The notes beneath the pieces were generated by a model. That model was not told where the DNA came from, searched no databases, and worked only from the letters and a program-made list of their open reading frames with translations. Both the position numbers and the translations under genes were made by a program. Below, one piece after another: positions 1-12,850 of a DNA stretch of 64,000 bases. Position 1 is the first letter of the stretch. Each line of letters opens with the position of its first letter. The DNA is from Takakia lepidozioides (taxonomy: Eukaryota > Plantae > Bryophyta), in the NCBI GenBank assembly GCA_030704615.1, contig CM060732.1, positions 14,384,001 to 14,448,000 on the forward strand, given 5' to 3'.

Positions 1-1341
1 TTCAAGTGGGAGGGGACACACCTGCTCCAAGTGTGGGAGGATGGTCGAGTGAGGATTGTGCCTCACCCAACACAGCGGGCACGGTTAGTGCGCCATGCCC
101 ATGAGGAGTTGGGGCATTTTGGGGTGCGACGCACTCATAGTCTACTGCAGGGGCAATATTGGTGGCGTGGTATGCACACAGAGGTGCAACAATTTGTGGC
201 TAGGTGCATGGTGTGTGACAGGGTGCGTGCTTCATTCAACGCCCCTACTCCACAATTGCACCCTCTTCTGATCATGGGATTGGGCTACAGGTGGAGCCTT
301 GACTTCGCAGGGCCGTTGCCACTGACCATGCGCCACAACAAGTACGTGTTGGTGATGGTGGAGCACTTCTCCAAGTGGATTGAATTGGTTCCATTGCCTG
401 ATAAGGCTAGTGAGGGAGCTGCGTATGCATTCTTGGATTGTGTGCTTAGCCGATTCGGTGCTCCAGCTGAGGTACTCACGGACCAAGGGAGAGAGTTCTT
501 GGGGGAGCTTCAGGCGTTGTATGACAAGGCCTTTATAGACCACCGCACCACTTCTCGGGATCATCCTGAGGCCGATGGCTTGGCAGAGAGAGTGGTTCAG
601 ACAGTAAAGAGGGGTTTGCGCAAGTATGGCTTGCAGAAGGGACACCTAGGAGATTGGGACCTTTAGTTACCCTGGTTAGCCATGGGCTATAGGTTCAACA
701 AGCAAGCATCACTTGCCTCCTTCTCACCATACTTTCTTCTCTTTGGCCGAGAGCCGGATTTGCCTACATCCATTCACAGAGAAGCTGCTACAGTTCTTAA
801 CCTTGACGATCCGGACGTGTGGGCACGTGCATGTGAGCAGCGTGTAGAGTTGTTCAAGAGAGTCATGCCCATGGCTTTCGAGAACCTTGCCATTGCACAA
901 CACCGTGATACGTTGATGTATGCGACCATACGTGGTAGGGGCTATCGTCCTGGGGTTCGGAGATTCAACCCTGGTGACTATGTCTATCTACAGCAGACTG
1001 CTCCTACGACTTTGGATGTGACTGCAGGACGTGTTATTTTGAGGGTTCGAGAGGTCTTGCCCTCAGGCGTCTTGGTCTTGGAGGGTCGGGATGGCATAAC
1101 TTGGAAGGACCATGTGCGTAATTGTGCGCCATGTCACCTTCCGAATGTCGATGGCAAGATTGACCCAAACCTGGCAGTGGTATCTGCAGGTTTGGGGGGC
1201 ATGTTGTGTGGGTCTGCTAGAGGGGCAGCCACCATGCTGGTGTGTGATCGATGCTCTAGAGGTTGGCATATGGGATGCTTGACTCCACCTCTTGAGATGG
1301 TTCCGGATGGGGATTGGTTATGTCCACATTGCATTGGATAG
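1..1341 (+). pseudogene. Ty3/Gypsy integrase (HHCC zinc finger + rve core) fused to a C-terminal PHD finger; truncated by window start, one in-frame stop at 664-666
   Basis: ORFs 31-666 and 682-1341 are in one frame. Motifs: AHEELGH...CMVC, WSLDFAGP, LTDQGREF, GLAERVV (DDE). C-terminus LCGSARGAATMLVCDRCSRGWHMGCLTPPLEMVPDGDWLCPHC is a PHD pattern with the first Cys lost. Confidence 0.9.
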
Positions 1342-1591
1342 TGGGAGTGGATACAACCATGGAAGGCTAACAAAAAATGCAAGGCCAAGCTACTAGGAGA
1401 CCTTGAACACACGAGATCTTGGCTCAAGTTCACAGATTGCAAGACGGCGACTAACGATGGGGCTACTCTTGTACCCAGCCTCTTGGTTTGATAGAGTTTG
1501 AGCACGATAGGGACAGTGATAGAGGACTTAGTACGGCTGTGGCTATTACATCTTGTAGCTATCTGGAGTTAGAGGGACCTATCCACCAGCT

Positions 1592-2013
1592 AGGGGGGCG
1601 ATTGTGGCAGACTACTTTATTGTGCATATATGTGTGGTGTGGTTTGGACAGCGATGTAGTTGTGTAGCGATACGTATGCGCACGACAGCTGAAGTTAAAT
1701 AAGCAAAGTGTGAAACTAGCTAGAATAAAGCTAGTTATTTGTATTTAACACTTGGATTTAGGTCAAGTGTTAAATCAGGTGTCAAGTTTAGTTTGACACC
1801 TGACCCGTCTTATCTTCACGAGAGCGGCAGTCGCGCGGCTCATCTCTCTCGAGTTGAGCCTGCGTGACCGAGCTCCTTCATCGTGTAGGACTGAGTGTGC
1901 TCATGATGGGAGTATAGGTTGTTGTCGGGTGGAGTCCCCACAGCTTGGGGTGCCCCTGGCTCGACTTCTATTCTAAAGAGTGATGGTTTTGGTTGTCATG
2001 TTTTGTGTCAACA
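1592..2013 (+). mobile_element. Polypurine tract and 3' LTR of the Gypsy-PHD element; LTR starts TGTGG at 1603, right end uncertain (CCACA at 1941 or CAACA at 2013)
   Basis: AGGGGGGCGAT directly precedes TGTGGCAG about 260 bp after the integrase stop; the first 85 bp recur at 2038-2122. Confidence 0.65.
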
Positions 2014-2037
2014 GTGTGTACTTAGCTTTTCTATCAT

Positions 2038-2122
2038 TGTGGCAGACTACTTTATTGTGCATATATGTGTGGTGTGGTTTGGACAGCGATGTAGTTGTGT
2101 AGCGATACGTATGCGCACGACA
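2038..2122 (+). repeat. Exact 85-bp copy of the LTR start (1603-1687)
   Basis: TGTGGCAGACTAC...GCGCACGACA is identical at both positions. Confidence 0.9.
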
Positions 2123-2580
2123 AGGTGAAAAAAAAACTTGAGCTCTATCATTGTCAAACTTCTTAAGGTTTATGTTATTGAAGAAGAGGTGAAAAAAAAC
2201 CAGATGGTCATCATGAATGCTTATTTAGGGTTTCTTTGTGAAGAAGAGGTGAAAAAAATTGATTGTCAATCTTGTTCAGGTTTCTGTTGATGAAAAAGAG
2301 GTGAAAAAAAAATCAGATGGTCATCATGAATAAATTAGGGATTGTTTGTGAAGAAGAGGTGAAAAAAAAACTTGAGCTCTATCATTGTCAAACTTCTTCA
2401 GGTTTCTGTTATTGAAGAAGAGGTGAAAAAAAAATCATATGGTCATCATGAATGCTTATTTAGGGTTTGTTTGTATAGAGGACGTGGAAAACAAATGAGT
2501 TGTCATTGTGAAACTTGTTCAGGTGCCTATTATTCCAGATGAAGTGGAAAAAAAAACAGATGGTCATCATGAAGCTCATT
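2123..2580. repeat. Degenerate tandem repeat of about 50-60 bp subunits (GAAGAAGAGGTGAAAAAAAA...)
   Basis: About 8 recurrences of GAAGAGGTGAAAAAA, followed either by AGATGGTCATCATGAA or by CTATCATTGTCAAACTT. Confidence 0.8.
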
Positions 2581-2597
2581 TACGCAATGCTTCTGTA

Positions 2598-2667
2598 GAG
2601 GCCGTCAAAAAATGAGCTTTCATACTGACACTTGTCCATGTTTGGCAGGCCTGCGAACAAAACAAAG

Positions 2668-2707
<40 letters not shown>

Positions 2708-5700
2708 GTTTTTGCTCGGGGAAATATTGGGGGTGGGGGCAGAAGTGGTGTGCGTTGACGCACTCAATTTTAGAGGCTCGTTAACCAAACCCGATGAAAA
2801 AATAACTACCTTTCAAAACGAGACATTGTCTGCTTGTCCAGTTTTAAGAGCTGTGTATACATGTTCTACCAACAAGGCAGCCCTTTCCGACATTGCGAAA
2901 AATCGCAACATATGCAACACTACTCGATATTGCCAATGTCTCGCTGCAAAAGTGTCCGTACCTCACCAGGACCTAGTGTCGCCTGGTGAATGATTTGGTC
3001 TCTTTTGGGATCACAATACATCTTGCGCAAAAAGATGTAGTAAAGATGCTTGCAGGGAACCCATTTCCCTCTCTTTCCTAGAGCTTCCTCACGCATGCAC
3101 ACAAAGTCAGGACAGGTACACCCCGGAAAATTTCCCACCGTCACCTGATAGGCCCTGTCGTGCAAAATAGACCCAGATGTGACCAAAGTATAAACCTGTC
3201 CATACCCAGGTGAAGGTACTTCCATAGTTCCTGTTACCCGAGCCTGAAGTAGTCTAGCCGATTCCACCTTCGCATCGTGATCAGGCCCCAAAGCCACCCG
3301 ATGCACTGTTTTGCCATTCCTTCTCGTGGGATGCGAAGTATCGTCTAGAGGAGGCACCATAGCAGCAAGGCCACCAAGAGTCGACGCCACAGATCGGTGC
3401 AGACGAAAGTCGGCGTCCTCCTACTTGCTTTCTCCAGTGCTGTTAGGGAGGTTCCCACCCGCACTGGCCAAATGGTTGGTGGGGGAGGCTTAGCAATGCA
3501 GGAATCGCGGACGGTACCATTCACACAGCGAGCCATATCGTCCGAGCAGAACCAGAATTTGTGCATCTTCGACTCCTTTGACATATATGGCCGAATCAAA
3601 CCTGTGAACATCGGAGCTGGAGTACGCGCCGAGCCTTTGGCTATCATGGACTTACACTTTTCATAACTAATGGCCCTCGCTGCAGCGCAACCAACTCTAG
3701 ACCCTGGAGTAGTTCGCTCGATGTGCCATTCGGAGTCAGCACAAGGTGACTCCTGCACTGCCCCCCTGTGGTCCTGATGGAAACCCGTAATTACAGGGGT
3801 TGCAGGTAGCTCTGTGGAAGAGGAAGCACCAGCAGCCTCTTTCCTACTCGACGCCATGCTTTGTAGTGGAGAAATCTTGGGTATAGAGAAGTTGTCTATG
3901 TCATGGCGATGTGAATCCCCATCTGATCCTGGAGGTGTATTTAGCTTGCGTTTGCAAGTCCCGAACCTTTCTTCTCCTTCCAGATGGGGCTCCCTTGATT
4001 GGAGAGGCGAGCCCATTGTGCACCTGTTCACTGCCTTAGCCATCTTCGTTGGATCCCCGGACCTTCTTGCAGCCCTCAGCATCAACTCTGCTGTATCTGG
4101 TCCCTTGCCCCCACATCGCCCCCTGAGGAAGTCACGATATCTTGTTTGCTGGGTTAGAGCTCGTACCAGATCATCTGTTGTAGCAATGTACAGATCTCTT
4201 CCTGCTTTGCCAGATTGCTGCTTCCAGGCGGCATGAACGTTTTCTGCCAGATTGCAGGACGGCATGTCCACAATGTCCTCAAGGGACATGTCCTGTGAAA
4301 GGAAAATGAAAGAGCGTCATTCATGCAAGCGCGGACTGTTCTGGGAACAAGGAAAGAAACTAGGCACATACAAGGGATTGCAGAGGTGAAAGGCAGCTTA
4401 CAGTAATAATGAAAGTCCCCCATTGCCTATATCTGAAGTGCCAAAAGACCAACCAGTCTTCCAATTCTTTGACACCGTCATGATCAGTAGCCCCTGACGA
4501 GAACCACCATGCTCTCATTGTCTGGTACATGGTCTCAGCCTCTTCCATTGTAGTCGCATTCTTGTACATGAAGCAGAGCCTCATATGCTCCGCCTGCAGA
4601 TCTCTTCTGATGCACCTCTTAGTATGTTTCTGCAGGGACTGAGTCCAGTGGAATAGACATGTGCGCTCCCTATTAGGCATGGGTACCTTTGGATCACCAG
4701 ATCCAAAAACTCAGCGCACAACGTTGAAGTTAGCCTGTGCACTATCCGCCATAAACCCGTTGAAATTTATGCCTGTATGTCCATTGGACTCCATGACTGA
4801 AAGCAAACAATTCCACATTATCATCTGGGACTTTGTAACTTCAGACTGCATGTCACAGATGGCAATTGTCATTATTCTTTGGTAGTTCGGGTCGTAAACA
4901 TGGTAAGACATGGTTGTCCAGCCCTTCACTCGTTTGCAATGATCGAACATCATCTAGGCTTTCTCCATATCCCCCCCTTGTTGCATACGTCTGGCCAGGT
5001 TGACGCCACTGCCCTCGCCCACCGTAGACATCTTGAACAAGTAAACCTTTGAAGACCCCTGACCCGGGAAGATGCTAGATTGGATAAAGTCATATTGACT
5101 TATGCGCTTGAGCTCCATAATGCTGTCGATGGACCCTGTGTTTATACCGCGCACTCTCAATGCATTCACCTGATTCCTAATATCGGGGGAGCTCAACACG
5201 GAGAAGTAATCCGTCACTGCATCCAAAGAAGCCCCCTCAAGTCTTGAGCTGCATTCGCTTCCCTGCCCAAGAATGTGCCTCTCTAGGAAACTTTTGCTGG
5301 CAGCCAACGCTATGGCAGATGGTTTGGCTGAAGGGGACTTTGCAAACTCCTCCACGACAAGCCCACGCGCCAACTCCACACTATCTCTGCAATTGCCGTG
5401 AGACACAGGATGGTCGTGAGTCCCAAAATGAATGTAGACTCGAGTCATGGTTTTGCAACGGTGAGTAACGTAGTACATGCGAACAGGGCAATGTGCAATG
5501 CAGGAGGGGGCCACCTTGCAGAACTTACAAACAAATGTACTGGCAGACGGTGGGGCATAGCCTGGGATAAAAGGATTGTCGGAGAGTCCTTCCCACTCAC
5601 TCTCATTTTTAGCACCGCTCTTCATGAAACGCTGGCAACTTGCATTCACACATCTCAGATGCCCCACACAAATGCTCCTTCTGAATGTCAAGTTTACATC

Positions 5701-6722
5701 GTTGTGGATATTGGACGTTTTGGTTATGCACCATGGATGGCCATCATGCTTTTTATCCATTCCTTGCAAGAGACCTGAGAGGCCCCCAGCACAAGTTGCT
5801 GGATTCAGCTCAAAGAGGATGTCACCGTCGAAGGAAGGTGGAAGGAAAGGAACCCTTTTTGTTGCGAATGAATCCCACAGTATCCCTGCGATCTCGTTTT
5901 TGGATCCTGGTTTTCCTGACAATGCTTTTAGATGTGGGATGACGCTAACGATTTTTTGAACATCGACGTCCCCTTCAGGAAGACTGTTCATGGGAGCTAG
6001 TATTTCTGCCAATTCATCATCCGAGGGATCCGACAGTGTCACAAAAGTTGTTGAAGTGGTGTCCTCTTGCTTCACAGTCACATGCCGCTTTCCTTGAACG
6101 ACAGAGGCAGCTGTCCCAGGAGTGACAATGGAGCCACCGGATTGTCTCCTTTCGCTTCGGAACACACGATATTTTCCAGGAAGAACTCTCCATTCCTTGT
6201 GTTTCTCTGCAACGTGCGGTTTCTGGAACAACGTTCTTTGAACGTTTCCCTCCAAGTCATAGATCTCTTTCTCGATAGTAACACAACCAATGTCAAGCTT
6301 GAACCTTGCTGCCAGAACATGCTCTTCCACCACAGCAAAACCATCATCTTCAACCGAGGCACTGAAAGGGCAAGGCTCTTCAGTATACTGAAACTCGGCG
6401 AAGGCCACGTCATTAGGAGAAGCCATGTGGTGAACATACGATGGTGAGTACCAATACAACTGTGCGACATGGCCATGTAAAAACCTTCCGGAGGCGATTG
6501 CCAAATCCCAAAAGTGTTTGCTAAGGCAAGAGGCAGTTGTACAACTGGCCCCACACATTAACCAATAACTTGTGAGGGTATTGAACCACACAGCCAAAAC
6601 AGTTGGGCAGTTGCCAAATTGATGGAGAAGGGAACAAAACTGTCTATTTTGTCAGTGTCACACCACCGGGAAAAGACGGCGCCGTCTTGGATATTGCAAT
6701 CCAATTTGCATTTTGCGGCGAA
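2598..6722 (-). mobile_element. MULE family A copy 1, truncated on its 5' side
   Basis: Contains the transposase below. Candidate terminus GAGGCCGTCAAAAAATGAGC at 2598 resembles the family-B GAGG...CATGAGC ends. PPR sequence begins at about 6723; no second terminus found. Confidence 0.55.
2920..6426 (-). pseudogene. MULE transposase A1 (GCM-like Zn finger, DDE core, SWIM); in-frame stops at 4954 and 4711, intron 4293-4401, deletion/frameshift near 3400
   Basis: HDGHPWCITKTSN...CVGHLRC...CKFC...HFGTHDHP; MMFDHCKR, FMADSAQAN, CLFHW, NLAENVH; CTCPDF...PCKH. The GTAAGC...CACAG intron joins the frames. Confidence 0.88.
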
Positions 6723-7525
6723 TGTTCAGAATGACATCTAGTACAATTTCCAGCTTTGATAATGTCACCATGAACCTCTTTGCCCCTGAGCCAGAGAAGA
6801 ACATGAAGAGGGCTTACAATTTCGTTCGCCCGGGCGTAGACATTGCTGGCAATGAGAAGAAGGCAGGAAAGCAGTTCAGTGTTCCTAGCATGCATGCGGA
6901 GACGCCGTGTAGAAGTTAGGCTCAGACTTTTATCATGGCTGGATTTTGTTGACAGTGTTCCAGCACTTACTCTCTGGGATTCTATTTTACTTTGTGGAGC
7001 TTGAATCCCCAATGGTACTTCTTTCACTACACTAGTGGTATGTGTTCCTCTAGTCATGTTCCTAATCACTTGCACGTCACTATAATAGTGGTATAATTTA
7101 AAACTATAAGAGTAGCCAAATACACACAATTGCCTCCATTACCACTCCTGTAGTGGTATAAGTAATCACCTATATATTACTGTATTAGTGGTATGAATTC
7201 CTCCAGTGGTATTCGTAATCTCTTACATACCACTCTGTTAGTAATCATTCCAATCCATAGTTCCCACTCAGAGAGACACCATGGATGATTCAAACAGCTT
7301 ACATACCACTATGTGGATAATTATTCCTATGACCTGCTCCCAGGGCTGCTAGGCTCCCATATGCATATTACAAACACAAGTGAAACACAAATGAACATGA
7401 CCTGGTCTCACTTCATCCCTTCCCATATCATTTGCTCCTAGGTTTCCAAAGCCTTAATCCCATACCCATGCTGCACATACCTTGCAATCATGGCATTCCA
7501 AAACACCACATCTCGTTCAACCACC
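6723..7525 (-). pseudogene. Two short PPR fragments (about 6723-6790 and 7380-7525) separated by unrelated sequence
   Basis: GKEVHGDIIKAG and ERDVVFWNAMIARYVQHGYGIKALET match the PPR motifs at 9312-9990. Confidence 0.7.
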
Positions 7526-8924
7526 TCTCTTGATCCTCTTTCAGAAGCTGTGGTCATGGTTGAGGTGCCTGATTTTATCAACTGTGCCGCTGCAGCTGCT
7601 ACCTTTAGTTGACCATCTACCCATGCAGCAGGTTTCTTGTAGCTATTGATCCACATGGAATCATAGGTAATCTGGAGCTTGAAGTCCGGCCCTCTTGGAT
7701 GAATCTGGACCCACACTCTATCCTTGCTCCTTCAGCTATCCATGCCGCTGCACAAATCATGCATACATCCTTGCCTTGCTGCTAGCACCTGACATTGACA
7801 GTCTAGATTTGTTCTAGGAAACACCCAACTCAACTTATCACTATGGTCAATTGCATCTACTACTCTATGTAGTCCAACAGGCATTCACCTTTTTGCCTCG
7901 ATTGTCCCATCATTGACTGGGGTGAAAAGTATTCATTCCACAGCTTCTCCTCGTCTCAACTGTTACCTATTTCTGGATACTTCCCTGTTGCCACATTGGC
8001 AGTACCATGTCAAAGTCACTCCAAACTATCAAAGGTTCACTCAACCAACTAACTTGTAGAATTAAATATGAAAATTTAGGGCCAATTATGATAAGAGAGA
8101 AAAACAGGGTGAAAATGTGTTGAAGAAGGTGCCTTCATTAGCAGTGCCTGATTTTATTGCTGCGGCTTCCAGTTGACCATCTACCCATGCAAGTTTCTTG
8201 TAGCTATTGATCCACATGGAATTATAGGTAATCGTGAGCTTGAGGTCCCGCCCTCTTGGATGAATCTGGACTGGCCAGACTCTACCCCTGCTCCCTCAAC
8301 TATCCAAGCTCTGCACAAATCATGCATACATCCTTCCCTTGCTGCTAGCGGCTGACAATGACAGCCTACAATTGTTCCAGCAAACACCCAACCCTACTTA
8401 TCACCCATGTAGAATTCAACATGCATCTCAAGGCCAAGTCTGATGAGAGGGCAAAACAGGCTGAAACGTGCCCTCACCACATTGTCCTTGACCCATGGAG
8501 GATTTGACCGACCATCAACCCAAAAGGACCTCTTGTGTGTGCTATTTGTCTGCAATCAGGTAATGTTGGATTGGTCTGTGAAAACCACTACGATGCAACT
8601 GAGCAGACAGAGATTGAAACACGGCCTGCTAAGACCTGCAAGCTGACTCTCCCAAGAACCGTGTAAACATTAAAAAGAATACCCAATCATGGTACTCACA
8701 GGAGTCAAGAGCCCACCTTTGCAGGATGGACAAACTTCTTCACATCGTACATTAAGAAAAGCCACACCAGGTGATTGCGGTTGTCCCACCATCGTGAAGG
8801 ATCGGTATAAAACTCATGCAACCTCACATCACGAACGAGCTAACTTGCATAATTCTACATGAAAATTTAGGGACTACTCTGGTAACAGGGAAAAACAGGG
8901 TGAAATGTGTTGAAGAAGGTACCT

Positions 8925-9990
8925 TCATGCCGCACGTTCAGTCATCTCCACATTGCCGTGGATTCTGCAGGCACCAATCAAGGCCTTCCACACCACAACA
9001 TCTAGATAGATTGGCATTTTCTTAATCAGGTCGACTGCCTCATCCAGTTGTCCCGCACGTCTAAGAAGGTCCACTATGCAGCCAAAGTGCTTTACCGTCG
9101 GAGTGACACCATGATCTTGACTCAGGGAATCAAAGTAACGTCTTCCTTCATTCAGTAGGCCAATGTGGCTGCATGCAGAGAGAACACATATAAAGGTGAT
9201 ACTGTTTGGCTTCAAGCCGTTCTTTTGCATTCCTTCAAATAGTTGCAGGACCTCCCTATGACACCATGCTAGGCATATCCTGCGATCACCACATTTCATT
9301 CAGCCATATTATCAAATACTCCCTTTGCATCCACATTTCGCATACATGTCCACCAAGGCAGTATCCAGATTAACACTTGGTACAATTCCAGCTTTGATGA
9401 TGTCACCATGCACCTCTTTGCCCTTTTCCAGAGCAACCGGGCTTGCACAAGCATTGCAAATGCACACAAACGTGATGTGGTCGGGCTTCACCCCTTCCCC
9501 CATCATTTGATCATAGGTCTCCAAAGCCTCCATACCACGTCCCTGTTGTGCATACCCTGCAAGCATCGCGTTCCATGACACCACATCTCGTTCAGCCATA
9601 GTGTTGAACACTCCCTTTGCATCCTCAATGCACCCACATTTGGCATACGTGTCCACCAGGGTAGTGTTCAGAATGACATCTGGTACAATTCCAGCTTTGA
9701 CGAATGTCACCATGGACCTCTTTCCCCTTTTCCAGAGCTGCCAGGCAGTGTTCAGAATGACATTTGGTACGATTCCAGCTTTGATGATATCCCCATGCAC
9801 CTCTTTGCCCTTCTCTAGGGTGCCAGGCTTGCACAAGCATTGCAAATGCACACAAACACGACGTGGCTGGTCTTCACCCCTTCCCCCATCATTTGCTCAT
9901 AGGTCTCCAAAGCCTCCATCCCACGTCCCTGCTATGCATACCCTGCAAGCATCGCACTCCACAACACCACATCTCGTTCAATGTACGATG
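8925..9990 (-). pseudogene. PLS-class pentatricopeptide repeat gene remnant (P-L-S, P2-L2-S2 and start of E domain), frameshifted and rearranged
   Basis: LVDTYAKCGCIEDAKGVFNTMAERDVVSWNAMLAGYAQQG, KPDHITFVC, TFICVLSACSHIGLLNEG, HFGCIVDLLRRAGQLDEA, VWKALIGACRIHGN. Confidence 0.92.
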
Positions 9991-10516
9991 TGAAGAAGTT
10001 TGTCCACCCTGCAAATGCGGGCTCTTGGCTCATGTTAGATGTACCATGATTTCGTATTCTTCCTGATGTTTACAAGGTTCTTGGGAGAGTCAGGTTGGTC
10101 TTAGCAGGTTGTGTTTCAATCTCTGCTCGCTCAGCTGCACCGTGGTGGTTCTCATGGACCAATCCGCCATTACCAGACTACAGACACAATCAGCACACAC
10201 AAGAGGTCTATTTGGGTTCATGGGGAGTCATCCTCCATGGGTCATGACACAAGGTCGAGGACAATGTGGTGAGGGCAGCTTCTTCTTCGACCTATTTCAG
10301 AGCTTGCATGAGTTTTTTACCGATCCTTGCCGATGGTGGGACAATCGCAATCGCAAGGTGTGGCTTTTCCTTAATGTAGGATGTGAAGAAGTTTGTCCAT
10401 CCTGCAAATGTGGGCTTTTGGCTCATGTTAGTACCATGATTTGGTATTCTTCCTGATGTTTACAAGGTTCTTGGGAGAATTAGCTTGGTCTTGGCAGCCC
10501 GCTGATTCATTTCCTG

Positions 10517-10905
10517 ATTCAACCTATTTCAGCCTGTTTTGCCCTCTTATCAGACTCGGGCCTGATATGCATATTGAATTATGTGAGTTAGCTCGTTGGT
10601 GCAAGAGAGAGAGTCAACTTGGTCTTAGCAGGCCATGAGGGCACCTTCTTCTTCAACCTATTTCAGCCTGTTTTGCCCTCTTATCAGACTCGGGCCTGAT
10701 ATGCATATTGAATTCTGTGAGTTAGCTCGTTGGTGCAAGAGAGAGAGTCAGCTTGGTCTTAGCAGGCCGTGAGGGCACCTTCTTCTTCAACCTATTTCAG
10801 CCTGTTTTGCCCTTTTATCAGACTCAGGCCTGATATGTATATTGAAATCTGTGAGTTAGCTCGTTGGTGCAAGAGAGAGAGTCAGCTTGGTCTTAGCAGG
10901 CCGTG
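10517..10905. repeat. 134-bp tandem repeat, about 3 copies
   Basis: AACCTATTTCAGCCTGTTTTGCCC starts at 10521, 10655 and 10789. Confidence 0.9.
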
Positions 10906-11039
10906 CCTTGTTCAAAGCTAGAATTGCACCTAACGTCATTCTGAACACTGCCTGGCAGCTCTGGAAAAAGGGAAAGAGGTCGACATGTTTGCAAAATGTG
11001 GGTGCATTGAGGATGCAAAGGGAGTGGTCATCACTGTGG

Positions 11040-11385
11040 CACCTTGCGATCGCGATTGTCCCACCATCGTGCACGCCTTCATGCCCCGATTCTAGGGCTT
11101 GAGTCCCTGTCTCCCCCCTATCCCACCAGCTCCACTCGTCATCGTACATTGAGAAAAAGCCACACCTTGCGATCGCGGTTGTCCCACCATCGTGCATGCC
11201 TTCATGCCCCGATTCTAGGGCTTGAGTCCCTGTCTGCCCCCTATCCCACCAGCTCCGCTCGTCATTGTACATTGAGAAAAAGCCACACCTTGTGATCGCG
11301 GTTGTCCCACCATCGTGCACGCCTTCATGCCCGAATCTAGGTCTTGAGTTCCTGTCTGCCCCTATCCCACCAGCTCTGCTCGTCG
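11040..11385. repeat. 123-bp tandem repeat, about 2.8 copies
   Basis: CACCTTGYGATCGCGRTTGTCCCACCATCG starts at 11040, 11163 and 11286. Confidence 0.9.
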
Positions 11386-12229
11386 TCTCTCATGATCAGA
11401 CTCGACACTATAAGAAAACAAACACAGCTCTGTCCTGTTTGTCTCTCATGATCAAACTCGACATAAAGAAAACAAACAGATGCCACAGTGGCAAGGAAGA
11501 CAAAAAAAACGCTAAGTCCCCTCTACTCATGACTGGATGGATGAATGTAGCGATAGATGGATGGATTTTGGGTTTTCCATCAACACACAAACCACTAAAG
11601 TTTTTCATGTATCACCACAGAATTAGTAATACCAATCACTGGTGTGTATGTAATCACTCAGGCGTAACCACTGGCCGAGCTGTAACCACTCACTCTACAC
11701 CACTCTCAAAGTGGTACCAATCAATGGGGGTCTTTAACCACTCCAGATCTACGTATACTGTCCCCGTCCACGTGGAATAATATAGTTCGTGATTAAAATA
11801 TATTTTGAAATGATAAATCTTAAATAAAAATTGAATTATTACACGTGGAGTAGCAAGTGGTTTCAATCACCTCCCATCACTTAGGTGTCTTCAGCCACTC
11901 ACAACCCACCACAGAAGTGGTACCAATCACTCACGTGTATGTAACCACTCAAAAGTGCCCACTTGAAGAATGGTTCCAGTTACAAAAAGGTCTTAACCGA
12001 GGTTAGCTATTTCATGAGCATGAGCGGCATGAGCGGCATGAGCGGAGTAGTAAGACAATCGGTTTTCATGAGCAGAAGTACAAATTCCGCAAATAAAAAA
12101 CATTAAAAACCATTATTTTAATGGGATGTGTTCCCCCCCCCAAAAAAAAAAAAAAAACAATATAATATTCATTGTTTGAAGTAGAAATTGTAGTTTTGAG
12201 AGACGTGCTCATGATATTTTGTTTTCCGC

Positions 12230-12580
12230 TCATGCGAATTCCGAGCGACATCTGCAAAAATGGCGCCGAATTTCGCGGTAATAGGTTCCGCAAGCAGAAA
12301 AATCGGCGACGTATTGCGCGGTAATAGGTGACTCCGGCAAAAAATGGTGCCGAATTTCGCGGTTATAGGTCCCAACTTCATTGAAGTGTAAGCCCAAAAT
12401 TTGGAAATGTGGCGCCGAATTTCGATACATGGTTCCGGGCATTGCACAAATGTTGGGCAGTTCTGGACCATGTAATTGTAAATTCGGCGCCATTTTTCTA
12501 GACATCGTCTCCAGACAATGTTAGGACTTAGCCAATTTTCGGCCCAAAAAAGGGAAATTCGGCGCCATTTTTCCAGAAAT
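12230..12580. repeat. Subterminal cluster of AAAATGGCGCCGAATTTC-type motifs in both orientations
   Basis: At least 5 copies; equivalent cluster at 40455-40870. Confidence 0.8.
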
Positions 12581-12850
12581 GGCCCCCTCAACTGCAACTG
12601 TTGGAACTCAGTTTTCTGGAAGATTTGCAAATTTTTCCTGCCGCCATCTTTGAATTGATTCTGTTTCGACATTGAATTGCCACTGGACGTCAACAGATAT
12701 CCAACAGTCCCTAGTGTTTAAAAGACATCACTTTAATATTGTCTGTCTCATTCCAGGAGTTTTGGGGTGCAATTCATTACAGTGCAAAACAAAGTCTAAT
12801 GCATTAAAATGCAATTGCAAATATCCATATGGTGGAGACCCTTTTCCCCA

